From: an uncultured Anaerolineales bacterium | Lineage (GTDB): Bacteria; Chloroflexota; Anaerolineae; Anaerolineales; UBA11858 | Direction of reading: 5' to 3' | Length of the DNA stretch: 64,000 nt | Assembly (NCBI GenBank): GCA_964627755.1 | Contig: CAZVIH010000004.1 | Location: 50,855 to 114,854 of the forward strand | Shown: piece by piece, positions 27,049-36,961 of the stretch | Layout: each line of letters starts with the position of its first letter | Position numbering within the stretch: position 1 is the first letter of the stretch | Notes under the pieces: model-generated | Told to the model about the DNA's origin: nothing | Seen by the model: only the letters and a program-made list of their open reading frames with translations | The model's database searches: none | Position numbers and translations under genes: made by a program

Positions 27049-27225
27049 TTAACTATTCCAGTTAACGTTCTTGACGTGATTATTTTTTGTATGAGCAAGC
27101 TGATAACGGCCTTTTAGACGGCGTCTCTTTAATACGTCTTGTCCGCCTTTGCTCTTCATACGTGCTCGGAACCCGTGAACACGGGCCCGGCGCCTGATTT
27201 TTGGTTGATAAGTCCGTTTTGGCAT
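27049..27225 (-). CDS. rpmH: 50S ribosomal protein L34
   Basis: Below the ORF-track size cut. My own translation is [58 protein letters not shown]. Confidence 0.9.
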   Translation of the reverse strand: MPKRTYQPKIRRRARVHGFRARMKSKGGQDVLKRRRLKGRYQLAHTKNNHVKNVNWNS

Positions 27226-27270
27226 CTTCTAGTGACTCCTTCAAGGTTCATACTCAACTACCGACGAAAC

Positions 27271-27299
27271 ATTATACCGTGAGGGGTTATTTTGGTCAA
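27271..27299 (-). promoter_or_regulatory. sigma70-type promoter for rpmH-rnpA-yidD
   Basis: Minus strand reads TTGACC (27299..27294), a 17-nt spacer, then TATAAT (27276..27271), about 45 nt upstream of the rpmH ATG. Confidence 0.6.
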
Positions 27300-27439
27300 A
27301 CTCCTTTGGGCAATTTGATGTCCTGAATTTAACCTCTTCCCGAGCAAGGTTTATTAGATATATTTCCGAAACCTCACGGATTGGTTTCGGTAGGATTATA
27401 ATTGATTTAGTCCAATTAAAATTTATATTGAAGGTGGAT

Positions 27440-28177
27440 ATGTATTCCAGTATCATTGAAAAATTGCCCGATAATCCGGTTCGTGAAGTAAGGATCGGTT
27501 TACATTGGACAGCAGTCGTAGTGGAAAAAGACTTTGGTCCCCAGTGCGGCCTGGCGTCCACATTGGAAGTGGATCATAAACATACCGGGGTTCCCACCAT
27601 TCCGGATCCTGGTCACCTGGCATCTCTTCCTGCTCTGGAATTGGCGGGATGGATCCATTCGGATATTCCTCTCAGGCGCAGTGTAGGCTGTGCTGCCATT
27701 AATGCATTAATTCCCCAGGAGCCATCCCGTTGGGTGGATCAAAATGCGGACGAAGCTATCCTGGAACACGGTCGGGGTAAGAAAGCGGTCCTGATTGGTC
27801 ATTTCCCATTTGCGGACCATCTCAGGGCTGAATTAGAGGATTTTACTGTATTGGATCTCAATCCATCGGGGAAGGATCTGCCTGCCAGCGCGGCACCAGA
27901 TGTGCTCCCGGATGCGGATCTGGTTGCCATAACCGGGATGACCTTTATCAACCATACCCTGCCGGACCTATTAAGTCTTTGCAAACCGGGTGCCTATATC
28001 CTGGTTTTGGGACCTTCAACACCATTAAGTCCGGTTATGGCGGAATATGGTGTTAATTTACTGGCGGGATCGATCGTTGAGGATATCCCAGCTGTTCTGG
28101 CTGCCCTGGGGCAGGGCGCCAACTTCCGCCAGGTTCATCAGGCGGGAGTCAGATTGATCACACAGCTAGCGGCATGA
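27440..28177 (+). CDS. DUF364/DUF4213-type Rossmann-like protein
   Basis: VREVRIGLHWTAVV followed by a KKAVLIGHFP Rossmann-like half. I prefer the ATG at 27440 after GAAGG. Confidence 0.55.
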   Translation: MYSSIIEKLPDNPVREVRIGLHWTAVVVEKDFGPQCGLASTLEVDHKHTGVPTIPDPGHLASLPALELAGWIHSDIPLRRSVGCAAINALIPQEPSRWVDQNADEAILEHGRGKKAVLIGHFPFADHLRAELEDFTVLDLNPSGKDLPASAAPDVLPDADLVAITGMTFINHTLPDLLSLCKPGAYILVLGPSTPLSPVMAEYGVNLLAGSIVEDIPAVLAALGQGANFRQVHQAGVRLITQLAA

Positions 28178-28192
28178 GGAGTTGATCTATTG

Positions 28193-28687
28193 ATGGCAAA
28201 GGATGAGATTGTTTTTCACCCGATCGGTACGGTTCACAGCCCTCATCAGGAGCTGGCTGGAATGCCCATTCAGCCTGCGGCTGCAAAAGGGATTAAGGGC
28301 AGGGTTGTTTTGGATCCGGATTTTCAGAATGGGTTAAAGGATCTGGAGGCGTTTTCTCATGTGATGCTGGTGTATTATTTCCACCAGGCCAAATCCCCGG
28401 AGTTGCTGGTTAAACCATTTTTGGATGATACCAAGCGAGGAGTATTTGCTACCCGGGCACCCCGCCGTCCCAATGGGATCGGGATCTCAGTTGTGAAGCT
28501 ATTGGCTGTCGAAGGAAATATACTTGAAGTTGAGAATTTGGATATTCTGGATGGCACCCCTCTGCTGGACATCAAGCCCTACGTGCCTGAATTTGACGGA
28601 CAGGAAGAGGTCCGGATCGGCTGGTTGGAAAAAAGAAGGGGAAAGATAAATAAGAAAATGTCAGATGACAGGTTTTTGAGGGATTGA
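28193..28687 (+). CDS. trmO: tRNA (t6A37-N6)-methyltransferase TrmO/TsaA family
   Basis: FSHVMLVYYFH, RAPRRPNGIG and ILDGTPLLDIKPY. Confidence 0.85.
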   Translation: MAKDEIVFHPIGTVHSPHQELAGMPIQPAAAKGIKGRVVLDPDFQNGLKDLEAFSHVMLVYYFHQAKSPELLVKPFLDDTKRGVFATRAPRRPNGIGISVVKLLAVEGNILEVENLDILDGTPLLDIKPYVPEFDGQEEVRIGWLEKRRGKINKKMSDDRFLRD

Positions 28688-28740
28688 ATCCTTTTTTAAG
28701 GACTCAGTCCCTTATTTTTCTCATAAGGACTCAATCCCTT
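28679..28740. repeat. AGGGAYTGAGTCCTT palindromic-unit repeat (three units), convergent-gene junction
   Basis: agggattgaatcctt (28679-28693), aaggactcagtccctt (28698-28713) and aaggactcaatccctt (28725-28740). Confidence 0.8.
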
Positions 28741-28745
28741 TTCTT

Positions 28746-29441
28746 TTAACGCCTTCTTCTTCCCCCTGAGACGAGTGATATCCAATAGAGAAGCTGCATC
28801 ACTGCAGTGAAAAGAGATGCTACATAAGTGAGCGCAGCTGCGTTGAGAACCTGGTTCACTCCCTGTTCTTCTTCTGGGGAGGTGATGATGCCGCTATTTC
28901 TCAAAAGGGCCTTGGCCCGCGAGGAAGCGTTCAGCTCGACGGGCAGGGTGGCCAGGGCAAAGATCGCACCGCCTGAAAAGGCAAAAACTCCCAGCCAGGC
29001 TATGCCGATCATATTCAATACCAAGCCGACCATGATCAAGATCCATCCCAGGGTTGATCCGATATTGACTGCAGGAACGAGCATAGATCTGAATCGCAGG
29101 GGGAAATATCCTTCCTGATCCTGTTGGGCATGGCCAAGTTCATGGGCAGCGATGGCCATAGATGCCACTGAACTGCCCTGGTAAACAGTGGTAGAAAGAC
29201 TTAGTTCTGCCTTGCGGGGATCATAATGATCCGTTAGCTGTCCCGGAATCTGGTGGATGGCCATCTCCTTCAATCCTCCTGCCCGAATTATTCTCCGGGC
29301 AGCTTCCAAGCCGCTGATACCACTCTGGGTCCGGATCTGGCCCCATTTTTTATAGGTTGAGTTTACGTACCACTGGGCGGCCAACATCAGCAATAATGCT
29401 GGGGCCATATACATCAGGTACTGGGGATTTAAATAAAACAT
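28746..29441 (-). CDS. membrane zinc metallopeptidase (Zn_peptidase_2 family)
   Basis: 231 aa with HELGHAQQ and TM segments at both ends. Confidence 0.75.
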   Translation of the reverse strand: MFYLNPQYLMYMAPALLLMLAAQWYVNSTYKKWGQIRTQSGISGLEAARRIIRAGGLKEMAIHQIPGQLTDHYDPRKAELSLSTTVYQGSSVASMAIAAHELGHAQQDQEGYFPLRFRSMLVPAVNIGSTLGWILIMVGLVLNMIGIAWLGVFAFSGGAIFALATLPVELNASSRAKALLRNSGIITSPEEEQGVNQVLNAAALTYVASLFTAVMQLLYWISLVSGGRRRR

Positions 29442-29459
29442 TTCTCTTTATCCTTCTGA

Positions 29460-30713
29460 TCAATCCTGGATCAGATCCAATAATACTTCCACGGCTTTGT
29501 CCAGCTGGGGATCCAGATCGGCCAGGAAATCCTCTTCGGTAAATTCCACTTCATAGTCCGGCACAAGACCGGTTTCGTTGATCTGGCGTTTGTCAGGAGT
29601 CAGCCAGCGGGCAATAGTTACCCGCAGGGCACCTTGATTATTATCCAGGGCAATCCAGTTCTGAACCGATCCTTTTCCGAAAGTTGTCGCTCCTACCAGC
29701 GGTCCCCGATCATGATCCTGGATAGCGCCGGCAACGATCTCGGATGCACTTGCCGATCCTTCATTCACAAGCAAGACCAGAGGGATATCTGTAGCAAGGC
29801 CGTTCTTCTTGGCTTTAAATTCAATTAGATCCTCATCGCTTCCGTAATCTTCATAAAGGATGATTCCCTCGTCGATAAATTCAGATCCCACTTCAACAGC
29901 GGTCTGTAAATAGCCGCCGCCATTATTTCGCAGATCGATTATCAAACCAACCGGATCTTCAGCCAGAATTTCTTCCAGGTTATTCTGCAGCTCAGATTTG
30001 GTTTCCGCGGCAAAGGTCATGATCGCTATATATCCAATGTCGTCATCCATCATTCTGGATTCCACACTGGGGATCATGATCTTGGCTCGGACTATTGTCA
30101 CCTCAAAAGGCGCTGGTTCGCTTTCCCGGCGGATAGTTAAGACCACTGTTGAGCCAGCAGGACCAAGTACCTTGCGGATGACCAATGAACCATCCAGCCC
30201 AGTCATATCCTCTCCATCGATTTTGATCACCTCGTCACCAGGCATTAATCCAGCTTCTTCTGCAGGAGATCCGGGCATAGGGCTGATAATGGTCAGGAAA
30301 TCTGTTGCGGTGTCTACCCAGGCACCTATGCCTTCATATTCACCATCCATGGGAATATTGGCCTGCATATATTGGTTTGGATCCATGTATCCGGTGTGCT
30401 CATCCCCCAGGGACTCCAGCATTCCTTTGATCGCCCCCCGCATCAGCTCCAAGTCATTCACCGGTTGATCAATATATTGATCATGCACAATATCCCAGCT
30501 TTCCCAGAAAGGAGAGAATAATTCATCGGTCGTGAGTTGGGTTGTTGGATCTCGATCCGGGGAGGAGGGTTGAGCGTCTGTGGTTTTTTCAAGCCAGTTC
30601 AGATCGGGTTGGGGAATAATTAAATTGCCAACAATCGCCCCTGCCGAAAATGCGCCCACTACCAGGAACAGGCCGCCAAGTATACCAATCAGAACCCAGG
30701 TTTTTTTATTCAT
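29460..30713 (-). CDS. S41 carboxy-terminal processing peptidase with PDZ domain
   Basis: 417 aa. N-terminal anchor, PDZ (GDEVIKIDG), LRNNGGG, and GSASASEI with the catalytic Ser. Confidence 0.85.
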   Translation of the reverse strand: MNKKTWVLIGILGGLFLVVGAFSAGAIVGNLIIPQPDLNWLEKTTDAQPSSPDRDPTTQLTTDELFSPFWESWDIVHDQYIDQPVNDLELMRGAIKGMLESLGDEHTGYMDPNQYMQANIPMDGEYEGIGAWVDTATDFLTIISPMPGSPAEEAGLMPGDEVIKIDGEDMTGLDGSLVIRKVLGPAGSTVVLTIRRESEPAPFEVTIVRAKIMIPSVESRMMDDDIGYIAIMTFAAETKSELQNNLEEILAEDPVGLIIDLRNNGGGYLQTAVEVGSEFIDEGIILYEDYGSDEDLIEFKAKKNGLATDIPLVLLVNEGSASASEIVAGAIQDHDRGPLVGATTFGKGSVQNWIALDNNQGALRVTIARWLTPDKRQINETGLVPDYEVEFTEEDFLADLDPQLDKAVEVLLDLIQD

Positions 30714-30872
30714 ACAATCTCCAATAAATAACTATATCTCCCCGCTATACTTCGAAAGGGGAATTCCTTCAAGGGTATCACAAATCATTGAGAACAATCT
30801 TAGAAGAATATCAAAAATATCTGGAGGGAATCTGTGCCAGGTCTGTCATCCAATTCAGCCCTGAGTTTTAAC

Positions 30873-33800
30873 TCAATCAGACCGGATGCTGGGCAGAGTG
30901 ATCACGTCAAGGATAATGGACCGACCCAGTGCGCTTTCCAGAGCCAGGTCAAGCCTATTTACATCATCTTGAGATAATGGATTTTTGGATTGAACTGTTG
31001 CGCTGATATAGAGCTGGTCTACAGAACGGGATCGGTCAATTTCCAGATCGTAAAAACTACCTAGGAGTTCAGACTCCTTCAATACCTGCTGAATAGTTTG
31101 ATTCTCTCGACCCTTCTGGATAATGCCGTTCATAATGATGCCCAGAGGGACGGTGATGACAACGACGAGGAAGATCATGCCCGTAATTCCCCGCCGGATC
31201 CTTTTCTGGATCTCTGGCTGCAAGTTCAAGGGATGAATGCCCAGCAGGGAAAAGATGATTACACCCGCCAGACTAATAGTGATCAGGTTGGTGACAAAAA
31301 GGAGTAAAGCGCCGCTGGCTGCCTGCATATTGCCATCGGCCAGGCCTAAACCAATCACACTGAGTGGAGGGGCAAGGGCAGCGGCAATAGCCACACCGGG
31401 TAAAGCCGCGCTTACTTCTTTTCGACTCAGCGCATATGCACCGGCCATTCCGGATGCAAGAGCGATGAATAGATCTATTAATGTGGGCTGGGTCCTGGCC
31501 ATGATCTCTGGGGTCATTTCCTTAAGCGGGGAAATTAATCCCACCAGGATAGAAACAATAACTGTTGCCATTACCCCTTTGAATACGGATTCCAGGGCTG
31601 TGCGGACCAACCTCACCTCCCCCAATACGATACCAAGGGAGAACCCCAGGATGGGGGACATCAAGGGGGCTACAAGCATGGCGCCAATCACAACAGCAGG
31701 ACTGTTTAACAATAAACCCAAAGTGGCGATGATGGAGGATAACACAATCAGGATAAAATAATCCTGTCCCGGCTGGGCGTCTTTGGTTAGGTCCTCCCGG
31801 ACCTCCAGTTGTTCTTCAGTGGTCAGGGTTGGGAAAAGGTTAAAAATTGCTCCTAGAGTTTTCCTGAACCAGAATTCAGGAGCACCGCCGTATCCTTTCA
31901 CCATCACAGATGAATGGGGAGACTGGGAAGCAATTCGCTGAGGTATGCTGCCAAAGGCAAACTGGTCGAAAAATCCCTGTTCTGAAGCGCCAATGATAAC
32001 CAGGTCATGGTTTTCTGCTTCCTGGAGGATGCCAACCAGAGGAGAATTGGCAGTAATGATCTTCTTCTCAGGTTCCTTCTGGAAAGGCAGGTTCTGAAAG
32101 GTCTTATCAAGGATACGCTGGTTTTCTGCCATGCGGCTGCTGGAAGCTCGTCCCACCTGGACATACAACCCGGTCACATTCGCCCCGGTGCTCCGTGACA
32201 AAGTGGAAGCAAGCAGTGCGCCAATGGGAGCGTTTGGTCCACCGGCGGTCGGTACCAGAATGGATTTTATTTCCGTCCAATTAAAACCTTTCACAATCAA
32301 CACATCACAGGGCGCATCGGTGATGATGGGATCAAGCACTGGACCCATTGATCTAGAAATAGTCCGGCTTTCACCTCCTCCCCATCCAACCAGGATCTGA
32401 TCAACATCTTCTTCTCTGGCAGTATCAAGAATCCCTTCGGCGATGCTGCGAGAGACCCGGGTCATAGTCTGGACCCTGAATTCTTCCTTGGTTGCCTGAT
32501 CGATGGCCCGGTCAAGCAGCATGCGGTTGGCTTCGGCCTCGATCCGCCCTTCTGAGAGGGGGAGCTGATTAGGTACGGTAATCACTTGCAGGGCGATCAC
32601 TTTTCCATTTTCGGGTTTAGCCAGGGCGCCTGCCAGATGAAGCAGGGATTCCGCAGTATCCGGATTGGAGATAGGGACCAGGATCCTTATATTCTGTTTG
32701 GCGATTTCCTCTTTCAGAGGAGTTTTAAATACAGTGATACCTTCCTTGGCTTTAATACTGTGATAGCGGCCGTAAACCAGGAATAAGATCAATCCGATAG
32801 ATAGCAGCAGTCCGGCAGCTGGTAAATACTCAGCCCAGACCAGGCCTAAGAGTAGATCAAATACCAGCACCAGTGCGGGTATCCAGGGATGGATTGGCAG
32901 CTGGAATGTAGAACTGATCTGTTCCTGGCGGGCAAGCGTAAAATTGACTGCCATCAGAATTATCAAGTAAAAAAGACTTCCCAAACCAGCCAGATATTTA
33001 AAGCTGATCAATTCAGTAACAAGAATCAATCCAGTGACGACGATCAATATGAAATTAGGTTTTTTAGAATGTTTATGGATCTTTAAAAAGATATCAGGCC
33101 AGAAACCATCCCGGGCCATGGCATAACATTGCCGGATTACAAATGAGAGAATCCGATCCAATGCGAGGGGCATGGCCGCCAGGCTTAGAACAGCCATACT
33201 GCCCTGGATCCAGTTACCACTCCATGATCCAGTCAGATCGATCAGGGGATTTAATAGAGAAGATGAAAAACCCGGGGATTGGACTCCCAGAATGACCATA
33301 AATACCAGGGCTGGAATAATCCCCGCCAGCACACCGGCAACCACGAAGATTTTTGGGGCGTTTACGGATCTATTGTTAAGATCTCCCTTTAAACCGGCAG
33401 CGATTTCCAGCCCGAGATAAGGAATAAGCAGGAGCTCGAATGCGGACCGCCAATCGCCCTGGATCGGCAGTAAGTTTGCAGTTTTTATTCGAGGCAGCGC
33501 GATAAGAATGCCTATCAGGATAATTAGTAGTAGCAGGCTCAATAAATAATATTGAGGTTTTTTACGTTGAGGGAGAAGTTTATATCCGACTACCAACAAC
33601 AGCAAACCGGCACCGACAGGAAAAGCGGGAACAGACCAGCCAAATAGTTCTTCCAAAAAAACCGCTGACTGGTGTCCAAAAGACTGGATGATTAATCCGG
33701 CGGCGCTTAACCCAGCCAGAATCGTCACCCACCCAGTGAAAAAGGCCAGCCAGTTTCCTTCTTCGCAGCTTTGAACTATTTGATAAGCCCCCCCGCTGCG

Positions 33801-34025
33801 TGGAAGACTTTGTGAAATCTCCAGATATCCGAGGAAATTAATGCCGACAAAAATGATCACCATAATTGGAATTAAGGGTAGGACTGAGCCTGCCAGTTGA
33901 ACCAGGTCACCCATCAGGACAAGGATGGACAGGACCAGCATTACTCCCAGACTCGTAAAAACAGCACCTGAAAAACTAATCCCGTAACTGAATCGGATTT
34001 GTTGAGATTGGGTTTTTTCACTCAT
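30873..34025 (-). CDS. fusion protein: APC-type permease + tandem universal-stress (USP) domains + DUF389 membrane domain
   Basis: 1050 aa. About 430 aa are polytopic. Two USP-like halves follow (ILVPISN..., ILVPTAGG...). The C-terminal LLNSPAVVIGAMLVAPLMSPILG is typical of DUF389. Confidence 0.6.
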   Translation of the reverse strand: MSEKTQSQQIRFSYGISFSGAVFTSLGVMLVLSILVLMGDLVQLAGSVLPLIPIMVIIFVGINFLGYLEISQSLPRSGGAYQIVQSCEEGNWLAFFTGWVTILAGLSAAGLIIQSFGHQSAVFLEELFGWSVPAFPVGAGLLLLVVGYKLLPQRKKPQYYLLSLLLLIILIGILIALPRIKTANLLPIQGDWRSAFELLLIPYLGLEIAAGLKGDLNNRSVNAPKIFVVAGVLAGIIPALVFMVILGVQSPGFSSSLLNPLIDLTGSWSGNWIQGSMAVLSLAAMPLALDRILSFVIRQCYAMARDGFWPDIFLKIHKHSKKPNFILIVVTGLILVTELISFKYLAGLGSLFYLIILMAVNFTLARQEQISSTFQLPIHPWIPALVLVFDLLLGLVWAEYLPAAGLLLSIGLILFLVYGRYHSIKAKEGITVFKTPLKEEIAKQNIRILVPISNPDTAESLLHLAGALAKPENGKVIALQVITVPNQLPLSEGRIEAEANRMLLDRAIDQATKEEFRVQTMTRVSRSIAEGILDTAREEDVDQILVGWGGGESRTISRSMGPVLDPIITDAPCDVLIVKGFNWTEIKSILVPTAGGPNAPIGALLASTLSRSTGANVTGLYVQVGRASSSRMAENQRILDKTFQNLPFQKEPEKKIITANSPLVGILQEAENHDLVIIGASEQGFFDQFAFGSIPQRIASQSPHSSVMVKGYGGAPEFWFRKTLGAIFNLFPTLTTEEQLEVREDLTKDAQPGQDYFILIVLSSIIATLGLLLNSPAVVIGAMLVAPLMSPILGFSLGIVLGEVRLVRTALESVFKGVMATVIVSILVGLISPLKEMTPEIMARTQPTLIDLFIALASGMAGAYALSRKEVSAALPGVAIAAALAPPLSVIGLGLADGNMQAASGALLLFVTNLITISLAGVIIFSLLGIHPLNLQPEIQKRIRRGITGMIFLVVVITVPLGIIMNGIIQKGRENQTIQQVLKESELLGSFYDLEIDRSRSVDQLYISATVQSKNPLSQDDVNRLDLALESALGRSIILDVITLPSIRSD

Positions 34026-34067
34026 TATTCATCCTTTGTTACACCCTGATTATCAGTGAAATATCCT

Positions 34068-34739
34068 TCAAGATTGCCGGTTTTGCCCTTCTTCTCTCCC
34101 ATTCCATAACTGGGGCATTTTATCCTTGATCGCATGAATGGTTGGCAGGTGATAATCAACCTGATCTGGAATTCCGTTATCACCAACCAGGGCTGTGGTA
34201 AAACCAATTCTTTTTGCTTCATCAAGATTTGGCATCAAGTCATCAAAAAGAACACACTTCTCAGGATAAACCCCTCCCGCCATTTCCAGCGCAATTTGAT
34301 AGGCTTTCGGGTTGGGTTTAACGACTAAGTCCATAGCTAATAAGTCTACAATCCCGGTGAACAGATCTATGATACCTAACTCCTTAAGTACCCCATCAGC
34401 ATGGCGGCGATCCGCATTGGTGAAAATCCACAGATCCTGAGGAAGTGAGCTCAACAGCTCTCGCAGTTCCTGGTCTGGCTGAATGTATTGATTTAAAGGC
34501 AGGTCATGCACGTAAGCGAGGTAATCATCAGGATCAACCTGGTGATGGATCCTCAAACCCTCCAGAGTTGTGCCGTAGGTAGTCCAGTATCGTTCCCGGG
34601 TTGCAGGGATTATTCCTTCCGCCAGGCCCAGCTCTTCCTTCATAAATTGATAAATCCTGAGGCGGATCTGGTCCCAGAGCCCATTTGAGGGAGGATATAA
34701 TGTGGCGTCAAGGTCAAAAAACAAGGTTGAAAAAGCCAT
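34068..34739 (-). CDS. HAD-superfamily hydrolase (pyrimidine 5'-nucleotidase-like)
   Basis: FFDLDATLY motif I and FDD near the C-terminus. I use the internal ATG at 34739. Confidence 0.65.
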   Translation of the reverse strand: MAFSTLFFDLDATLYPPSNGLWDQIRLRIYQFMKEELGLAEGIIPATRERYWTTYGTTLEGLRIHHQVDPDDYLAYVHDLPLNQYIQPDQELRELLSSLPQDLWIFTNADRRHADGVLKELGIIDLFTGIVDLLAMDLVVKPNPKAYQIALEMAGGVYPEKCVLFDDLMPNLDEAKRIGFTTALVGDNGIPDQVDYHLPTIHAIKDKMPQLWNGREEGQNRQS

Positions 34740-34831
34740 ACCCGGATTATACCTGATACTCCCAGGCTGAACCCGGTCTGGAGCTTGATTTGAGGTTTCC
34801 GCGCTGGTCTGCTCTCCGTTATAATAGGTAT

Positions 34832-36574
34832 ATGTCCATTCAAATATTGTCAGAAGAAGTTGCCTCACAGATCGCTGCCGGAGAGGTTGTAGAACGCCCG
34901 TCTTCTGTTGTTAAAGAGCTGATCGAAAATGCCCTCGATGCAGGGGCGGATCAGATCACTGTTCTGGTCAGGGAAGCCGGCAAGCGTTTGGTAGAGGTGA
35001 TCGATAATGGAAAAGGCATCCCGGCTGAGGAGTTGAATTTGGCCGTGCACCGCCATGCCACCAGTAAATTAAAAAACGCTGCCGACCTATTCCGGGTTTC
35101 CACTCTGGGATTCAGGGGCGAGGCCCTGGCTTCAATTGGATCTGTATCATATCTGACCCTGTTATCCCGGATTCAGAAAGAGGATCTGGGTGGTTCAATC
35201 CGTGTAGAAGGGGGAGAGATCCATCCTGTTGAAAATCTGGGTATGCCGCCGGGAACTACCGTGCGGGTGGAGCATCTCTTTTATAATGTGCCCGCCCGCT
35301 TTAAATTTCTTAAGACCGACCGGACAGAAAAGAGACATATTAATGATATTGTCAGCCGCTACAGCATGGCTAATCCCAGAGTTCGCTTTAAACTGCACCA
35401 TGATGATGACCTGGTCTTTCAAACTACCGGCAGCGGAGATCTGCGAGAGGTGATCACCTCAATTTACGGTGTTGGCACTGCAAAACAAATGATCGAAGTG
35501 ATCTATCAGGATGAAAATCTAACGGTGAATGGCTTTATCAGCCCACCAGGCCTGACTCGTTCAAATCGCAGGGAAATGTTGTTTTATGTCAATCAGCGTC
35601 CGGTAAGTGATCCAGCGCTGAGCTCAGCGGTCACTCAGGCATACCATACCCTGGTAATGAAGGGTCGTTACCCGATCGTAGTTATATTTCTCGAACTTGC
35701 TCCGGATAAAGTGGATGTAAATGTGCATCCGACCAAGGCAGAAGTTCGTTTTGAAGACAAAGGTGAGATCTTCAAGGCGGTCAGCAGAGGAGTGCGAAGA
35801 GCGCTGCTGGCTCATACACCCGTTCAAGAGGTCAACAACCTGCGGGGAGTGAATTTATGGGGGGGCCCAGCGCCTGATCACAGCCATATTCAGCGTGGGG
35901 TTGATCCGACCTGGACGATGCTGCAGAGGAACCGGGATGAAGGTATTTTCGGGCAGGAGGTTGACTCAGTCCAGATATCTGCACCGATCGGAACGCCGAT
36001 CCTGCGTTTAATCGGTCAGGTGGCTGCCACCTATCTGATTGCGGAAGGACCTGATGGTCTGTATTTGATTGACCAACACGCCGCCCACGAGCGAGTGTTA
36101 TTTGAGAAGTTCACAGCTGAGAGAAACGATGACCATCTTTCTCAGGTTTTATTGGATTCTGTGGTGGTGGAATTCTCGCCTGCCAGTGCTGATTTAGTGA
36201 AGGAGCATATCCCCACGTTGCGAAAATTGGGTTTTCATGTGGAGGACTTTGGACCAGGTTCATTTGTGATCCGTGCTGTACCAGCCATGCTTCAGGGTTC
36301 TTCCCCGGAAGGTATGCTGCGGGCAGCAGTTGAAGATCTGGAAGTTGATGAAACCCCTCTTGAGAGCAATATCGAGGAAAAGATCATTGCCAGGGTTTGT
36401 AAACGGGCTGCGGTCAAGGCCGGCCAGGTGTTAAACCCGGAGGAACAGAAACAGCTTCTACTGGATTTGGAAGCCTGCCAATCTCCCCGAACCTGTCCTC
36501 ACGGCAGACCAACCATGATCCATCTGTCGGTGGATCTGCTGGAAAGAAAATTTGGCCGGACCGGGCCGATGTGA
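34832..36574 (+). CDS. mutL: DNA mismatch repair protein MutL
   Basis: IAAGEVVERPSSVVKELIENALDAG, and LGFRGEAL. Start taken at ATG 34832 (MSIQILSEE). Confidence 0.95.
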   Translation: MSIQILSEEVASQIAAGEVVERPSSVVKELIENALDAGADQITVLVREAGKRLVEVIDNGKGIPAEELNLAVHRHATSKLKNAADLFRVSTLGFRGEALASIGSVSYLTLLSRIQKEDLGGSIRVEGGEIHPVENLGMPPGTTVRVEHLFYNVPARFKFLKTDRTEKRHINDIVSRYSMANPRVRFKLHHDDDLVFQTTGSGDLREVITSIYGVGTAKQMIEVIYQDENLTVNGFISPPGLTRSNRREMLFYVNQRPVSDPALSSAVTQAYHTLVMKGRYPIVVIFLELAPDKVDVNVHPTKAEVRFEDKGEIFKAVSRGVRRALLAHTPVQEVNNLRGVNLWGGPAPDHSHIQRGVDPTWTMLQRNRDEGIFGQEVDSVQISAPIGTPILRLIGQVAATYLIAEGPDGLYLIDQHAAHERVLFEKFTAERNDDHLSQVLLDSVVVEFSPASADLVKEHIPTLRKLGFHVEDFGPGSFVIRAVPAMLQGSSPEGMLRAAVEDLEVDETPLESNIEEKIIARVCKRAAVKAGQVLNPEEQKQLLLDLEACQSPRTCPHGRPTMIHLSVDLLERKFGRTGPM

Positions 36575-36596
36575 GAAATGTAAAGGATTAATCTAG

Positions 36597-36629
36597 AGGG
36601 ATTGAGTCCTTTCAAAGGACTTAATCCCT
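36597..36629. repeat. AGGGAYTGAGTCCTTT palindromic repeat, probable bidirectional terminator
   Basis: agggattgagtccttt c aaaggacttaatccct gives a roughly 15-bp stem, located between the mutL stop and the stop of the 109-aa gene. Confidence 0.75.
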
Positions 36630-36631
36630 TT

Positions 36632-36961
36632 CTAATCTACCAAAAACACTTCTGGCAGCTTGTGGCATTCCCCGCAACCAATCTGCGGTTCAGGGACGTT
36701 TTGATGGGTTTTTCTGCAATAAGCTTCTACTTGCACGCGCTGCGGCATCAGAGGAAGAGGTCGTTTCAGGGAGGGTTTCAGCAGCATATGTTCACAGGAG
36801 TTCGCTCTTGTGATCGCCGGAACCGGGCACTTCTCACACAGTTTGGGCTGCCAGTTCAGAGCTGGGTTAGCGGATTTCAGCAACCGACATTCTTCCCGGT
36901 TTCTTCCCCGGAAATAATCGCCAAAGAAATATTGGCATTCTATTCCTAAAGGATTTTTCAT
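36632..36961 (-). CDS. small Cys-rich protein (8 Cys, two CxxC), translationally coupled to efp
   Basis: 109 aa containing CEKC and CGEC. Its ATG (36961..36959) overlaps the efp TGA (36960..36958). Confidence 0.55.
   Translation of the reverse strand: MKNPLGIECQYFFGDYFRGRNREECRLLKSANPALNWQPKLCEKCPVPAITRANSCEHMLLKPSLKRPLPLMPQRVQVEAYCRKTHQNVPEPQIGCGECHKLPEVFLVD

Noticed and set aside
27226-27427. oriC in the rpmH-upstream region
   Set aside because: Only one 7-of-9 DnaA-box-like site (ggtggatat) was seen by eye. There is no box cluster and no adjacent dnaA.
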